Source of the DNA: Chitinophaga pinensis
GTDB taxonomy: Bacteria; Bacteroidota; Bacteroidia; Bacteroidales; GCA-2748055
Direction of reading: 5' to 3'
DNA length: 64,000 nt
Assembly: GCA_945863035.1 (NCBI GenBank)
Contig: CAMAZH010000004.1
Location: forward strand, 7,313 to 71,312
The translations under genes and the position numbers were made by a program. Position 1 is the stretch's first letter. Each line of letters starts with the position of its first letter. The notes under the pieces were generated by a model that had not been told where the DNA came from, ran no database searches, and was given only the letters and a program-made list of their open reading frames with translations. Of this stretch, positions 60,128 to 64,000 are shown piece after piece.

Positions 60128-60760
60128 TTAAGGCTTTCGGCCACCCAGAGTGGACTCGAAATCCAATCGGTTAACGAGCGAACGGCCCAGCGTTATCTCA
60201 TCGGCAAATTCCAGATCGTCGCCAATGGCAAGCCCGCGGGCCAGTGTTGTGATATTTATGCCGCTCTCTTTGATTTTTCGGTAGATATAGAAGTTTGTCG
60301 TGTCGCCTTCCATGGTGGTTGGCAAGGCCAGAATGATTTCCTTTACCTTATGCTCCTTTACTTTTTTCTCGAGGGATTCGAGGTTCAGGTCGCCCGGACC
60401 AATGCCTTCCATTGGGGAGATGATACCCCCGAGAACATGATAAGCCCCACGAAACTGCTGCGTATTTTCGATCGACATAACATCCCTGATGTTTTCCACC
60501 ACACAGATTACCTCGTGTTCTCTTTTGGGATTGGAGCAGATATGACAAACGTCGGAATCGGATAGATTGTGACAGATCTTGCACTCTCTGATTTCTTTTT
60601 TTAGCCGGATTACTGCATTTCCGAACGATTCTGAGACCTCTGCATCCTGCCGGAGAAGGTACAATACGAGCCTCAGCGCTGTTTTTGTGCCAATGCCGGG
60701 TAATTTGGCGAATTCATTCACGGCTTCTTCCAACAACTTCGAGGGAAAATTCAGCGACAT
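60128..60760 (-). CDS. recR: Recombination mediator RecR
   Basis: LPGIG.KTA.RL, C4 zinc finger, ICVVE, YHVLGG, EGDTT. Confidence 0.96.
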   Translation of the reverse strand: MSLNFPSKLLEEAVNEFAKLPGIGTKTALRLVLYLLRQDAEVSESFGNAVIRLKKEIRECKICHNLSDSDVCHICSNPKREHEVICVVENIRDVMSIENTQQFRGAYHVLGGIISPMEGIGPGDLNLESLEKKVKEHKVKEIILALPTTMEGDTTNFYIYRKIKESGINITTLARGLAIGDDLEFADEITLGRSLVNRLDFESTLGGRKP

Positions 60761-60844
60761 ACTTTAGTTTTAAATTCTTTGCAAAAATAGCCTCAAGCAC
60801 GGGCATTCGCAATTTTTTTTATTATTCTTGCACAAATATATTTT

Positions 60845-62302
60845 ATGAGTTCACTGGGTTTGTCTCTGATCATCGTTTTTTATTTTGTTCTTCTATTGAT
60901 AATTGCCTGGATCACCGGTCGGAATGCCGATAATGCGGGCTTTTTCGTAGGTAACCGAAAATCGCCTTGGTACGTGGTTTCCTTTGGGATGATCGGTGCA
61001 TCGCTCTCGGGTGTGACATTTATTTCGGTGCCCGGTTGGGTAGGGGAGAGCCACTTTTCTTATATGCAGATGGTATTGGGTTATCTGGTCGGCTATTTTG
61101 TGATAGCCACGGTCTTAATGCCCATGTATTACCGTTTGAACCTCACTTCGATCTATACCTATCTTGAAACTCGTTTTGGTCGCTTTTCCTATAAAACCGG
61201 GGCTTCCTTTTTTCTTCTCTCGCGAAGCATCGGGGCCTCATTCAGGTTATTCCTTGTGGCAAACGTGCTTCAGATTTCCATTTTTGAAGAAGCCGGTGTC
61301 CCTTTTTGGTTTACGGTTTTGGTTACCGTGTCGCTGATCTGGCTGTTTACTTTCAGGGGAGGAATAAAAACAATCATCTGGACCGATACCATTCAGACCT
61401 TTGCCATGCTTACCGCACTGATTTTTACAATTGTGCTGATCAGCAAAAGCATGGGACTGGATCTTGCCGGACTTATAAACACAGTTTCGGTAAGTGAATA
61501 TAGCCGGATTTTTGTTTTCGACGATTGGAAAAGCCCGTACCATTTTGTGAAACAGTTTTTAGGGGGAGCATTTATTGCCATAGTAATGACCGGGCTCGAC
61601 CAGGATCTGATGCAGAAAAACCTCAGTTGCAGAAACATCAGGGATGCTCAGAAAAATATGGTCTGGCTAAGCATTTCCCTTGTGCCGGTTAACCTTCTTT
61701 TTATGAGCCTTGGAGCACTGTTGTTTATTTATGCAGCTTTTGCCGGTATTCCTATTCCCGAAAATACGGATAACCTTTATCCCCTGATAGCAACCGGGGG
61801 ATACCTTTCGGTAACAGTTGCGTTTTTCTTTATTATTGGACTTATTTCAGCAACCTACTCAAGCGCCGATTCTGCATTGACCTCCCTTACTACCTCATTT
61901 ACAATCGATATTCTCGATGCGCAAAAGAAAGGCGATCTCCGTCTCAAGAAAACCAGAAACCGGGTTCATGTCGGGTTTACAATACTTTTGGGAGTCTTGA
62001 TTCTTTTTTTCAGGCTTATTAACGACCAAAACGTAATCAAAGCCATTTTTACCATCGCGGGCTATACCTATGGACCTTTGCTGGGATTGTATTCTTTCGG
62101 ACTTTTTACTAAACGTCAGCTCAGGGATAAGTTGGTTCCGTATGTGGCTATCGCTTCGCCCCTGATCTGTGTTGTTCTCAATTATTACTCGAAAGAACTC
62201 TTTTGGGGATACAAGTTTGGATTTGAGTTGCTTATTGTGAATGGTCTTATAACATTTCTGGGACTCTTATTGCTAAGTGCCGGAAGGATAGACAAAAAGT
62301 AA
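60845..62302 (+). CDS. Sodium:solute symporter family protein
   Basis: GASLSGVTFISVPG, GGIKTIIWTD, GLDQDLMQ, SSADS. Confidence 0.9.
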   Translation: MSSLGLSLIIVFYFVLLLIIAWITGRNADNAGFFVGNRKSPWYVVSFGMIGASLSGVTFISVPGWVGESHFSYMQMVLGYLVGYFVIATVLMPMYYRLNLTSIYTYLETRFGRFSYKTGASFFLLSRSIGASFRLFLVANVLQISIFEEAGVPFWFTVLVTVSLIWLFTFRGGIKTIIWTDTIQTFAMLTALIFTIVLISKSMGLDLAGLINTVSVSEYSRIFVFDDWKSPYHFVKQFLGGAFIAIVMTGLDQDLMQKNLSCRNIRDAQKNMVWLSISLVPVNLLFMSLGALLFIYAAFAGIPIPENTDNLYPLIATGGYLSVTVAFFFIIGLISATYSSADSALTSLTTSFTIDILDAQKKGDLRLKKTRNRVHVGFTILLGVLILFFRLINDQNVIKAIFTIAGYTYGPLLGLYSFGLFTKRQLRDKLVPYVAIASPLICVVLNYYSKELFWGYKFGFELLIVNGLITFLGLLLLSAGRIDKK

Positions 62303-62303
62303 C

Positions 62304-62411
62304 TTGCTATTTAACGTTTATAGCACAGACTATTTCGACAGGGAACTGAAGAATCTTTCCAAAAAGTATCCTTCACTAAAAAATGATTTTAAAGCCCTGA
62401 TAGATTCATTT
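62304..62411 (+). pseudogene. Truncated RelE/HigB-2-type toxin N-terminal remnant
   Basis: Translation LLFNVYSTDYFDRELKNLSKKYPSLKNDFKALIDSF matches the F.RELK.L.KKYPSL..D pattern; similarity ends at the convergent gene. Confidence 0.6.
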
Positions 62412-64000
62412 TATTTCTCTTCAACGCTTTTAAAGCGAATTACACCAAAGTCGTCGAAATAAACCGGATCGGATTCGGGGTTGTACAAATAGATCAACAA
62501 TTCCTGATTTGCCAATTCGGCAGGGACAAAGAATTCTTTCACAATTTTTTCCCAACCGCTGGAGTCTCGCTCAACCATTTTGTAATCGTTATTATAGTAT
62601 GCATTAGGTGAACTTGAAGCGATTATTGTTCCTTTGGCCACTTTGGTTGTTTTCCTCCAGACTGAGATCAGAAAGTTCTCCCCTTTTTTAAGGTCTTTAA
62701 GCTTTATTGTCATTCCGTAGGGGGAGTTTGCATCCAGCTTACATGACATTTTCCCGGCATACGCGAATTCCTGGCTTTGATTTCCTGCAAACTGAAAAAG
62801 CGAGCTGTCGGAATCACTCACAAACCACTGTTGGTCAGCGCTCACTGTTTCCGCGTCGCAGAAATACCTGTCAACCGCAGAACGGTCGGGCAGGTTGAAA
62901 TTCCTTTCGCGATGCCTGAGGTCAAATATCAAAACACTGTTGTACTGCCCTGCAAGATTCCTGCAGTAACTTTGAAGATAGGTCTTGTAATAAAGTTGCT
63001 CAATTCCGTTTACGATTAAATATTTCGCTCCCTTATCGATGGACGATTGAATTCCGGCACTATCCTGGTTGTAAAAAATACGTTGACTTTTATTGAATTT
63101 GGCATCCGAATACTCTGTCCAGCCTTTCTGGTTCATTAAATAAAGTGAAACGTGACTTCCATCAGGGATAGAAATAACTGTATCGGTTGGCAAAACCCCT
63201 ATTTGCCGCAGATAGGGAGTGATGGTATAGATATCTTTTTTCTCGGGATAGTCATTCATCCAGCCTTCATAGCGGGCATTGATTTGCTGGTGTGCATAAA
63301 AAATATTGGGGAGAAGCAACAGCAAAAAACCTAGTTTAAGATACAACGAAGAAAATACTTTTTGAAACTGCTTTTTTAAAGTGTCAAACGCACCGATAAC
63401 AATAAGTATCGGTAAGATATACATATCAATTACATAATAATCATGATCTTTAAAAGTCCAGAACTGAAGCAAAACATAGACGATGGTTTGCATAAAGATA
63501 AGCGCTGCCCCAACGAGAATGATTTTGTTGTTTTTCCTGAAGAAAACAAGCATGAAAGTGGCGCAGGCCAAAAGAAAGATAAGCACAGAAAAGTGGAAAT
63601 ACTGGTCAAGCCATATCTTTCTGATGTTTTCAAGAACGCCGGCAATTCCTGCCCGGTCCAGATCCCAGATCGGGAAAATTGTGGTTGAAAAATAGGAGCA
63701 ATCGTGGGCAACATTGTAATTATGAGCGTAAAATATCCAACTCCCGATAACCAGAAAAAGGGAAAGCACGGGCAAAATAAACCACAATGGTTTGGTGAAA
63801 AGTTTTGCAGAGTTATCAAATTTCACAATCCCGGAAACGTCCAGAATAAAAATGCCCGAAATGGCAAAAACGCTGAACAAAGCGGTTACTTTGAATGATG
63901 CCGCGAGGAGAAAAATAAGTATCGAGAGGAAAAACCATTTTTGCTCTTTTTCGAAGAGGAAACGGAAAAAAAAGTACCAACCGATAATCGAGAATGCCAA
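62411..64000 (-). CDS. Polytopic membrane protein (GT-C/ArnT-like) with C-terminal carbohydrate-binding-like domain, 5' truncated
   Basis: Many TMs, HDYY loop, LYLMNQKGW, C-terminal ISVW...GWEKI...IYLYN....VYFDDF jelly-roll pattern. Confidence 0.65.
   Translation of the reverse strand: MAFSIIGWYFFFRFLFEKEQKWFFLSILIFLLAASFKVTALFSVFAISGIFILDVSGIVKFDNSAKLFTKPLWFILPVLSLFLVIGSWIFYAHNYNVAHDCSYFSTTIFPIWDLDRAGIAGVLENIRKIWLDQYFHFSVLIFLLACATFMLVFFRKNNKIILVGAALIFMQTIVYVLLQFWTFKDHDYYVIDMYILPILIVIGAFDTLKKQFQKVFSSLYLKLGFLLLLLPNIFYAHQQINARYEGWMNDYPEKKDIYTITPYLRQIGVLPTDTVISIPDGSHVSLYLMNQKGWTEYSDAKFNKSQRIFYNQDSAGIQSSIDKGAKYLIVNGIEQLYYKTYLQSYCRNLAGQYNSVLIFDLRHRERNFNLPDRSAVDRYFCDAETVSADQQWFVSDSDSSLFQFAGNQSQEFAYAGKMSCKLDANSPYGMTIKLKDLKKGENFLISVWRKTTKVAKGTIIASSSPNAYYNNDYKMVERDSSGWEKIVKEFFVPAELANQELLIYLYNPESDPVYFDDFGVIRFKSVEEK

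Overview
Housekeeping-rich 64-kb segment of an anaerobic or facultative Bacteroidota (Bacteroidales-like) chromosome. The assignment rests on many TAnnTTTG -7 promoter boxes, porG-uppS-bamA-skp-skp-murI synteny, nqrA-F+apbE and the amn-holA cluster. I found no rRNA, tRNA, CRISPR, phage or intact IS. Two loci stand out. (1) A glutamate/2-oxoglutarate module (gdh, korAB) encloses two paralogous ~1000-1160 aa proteins built as pseudo-REC + intact REC + DUF5752-like + PPDK-type ATP-grasp + putative phospho-His domain. They lack the pyruvate-binding barrel and no histidine kinase is nearby, so they are a candidate dikinase-driven signalling system. (2) Three paralogous secreted TPR+PD40 (PorE-like) proteins have different C-termini; one carries ten copies of an unrecognised ~66-aa helical repeat and a C-terminal membrane anchor, suggesting a periplasm-spanning scaffold. 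Smaller items are a REP-like array, four 7-8-mer tandem arrays that are all C-rich on the + strand, candidate structured RNAs, two NqrM-like Cys-rich peptides and a RelE/HigB toxin remnant. All calls come from reading motifs by eye; no database searches were run.
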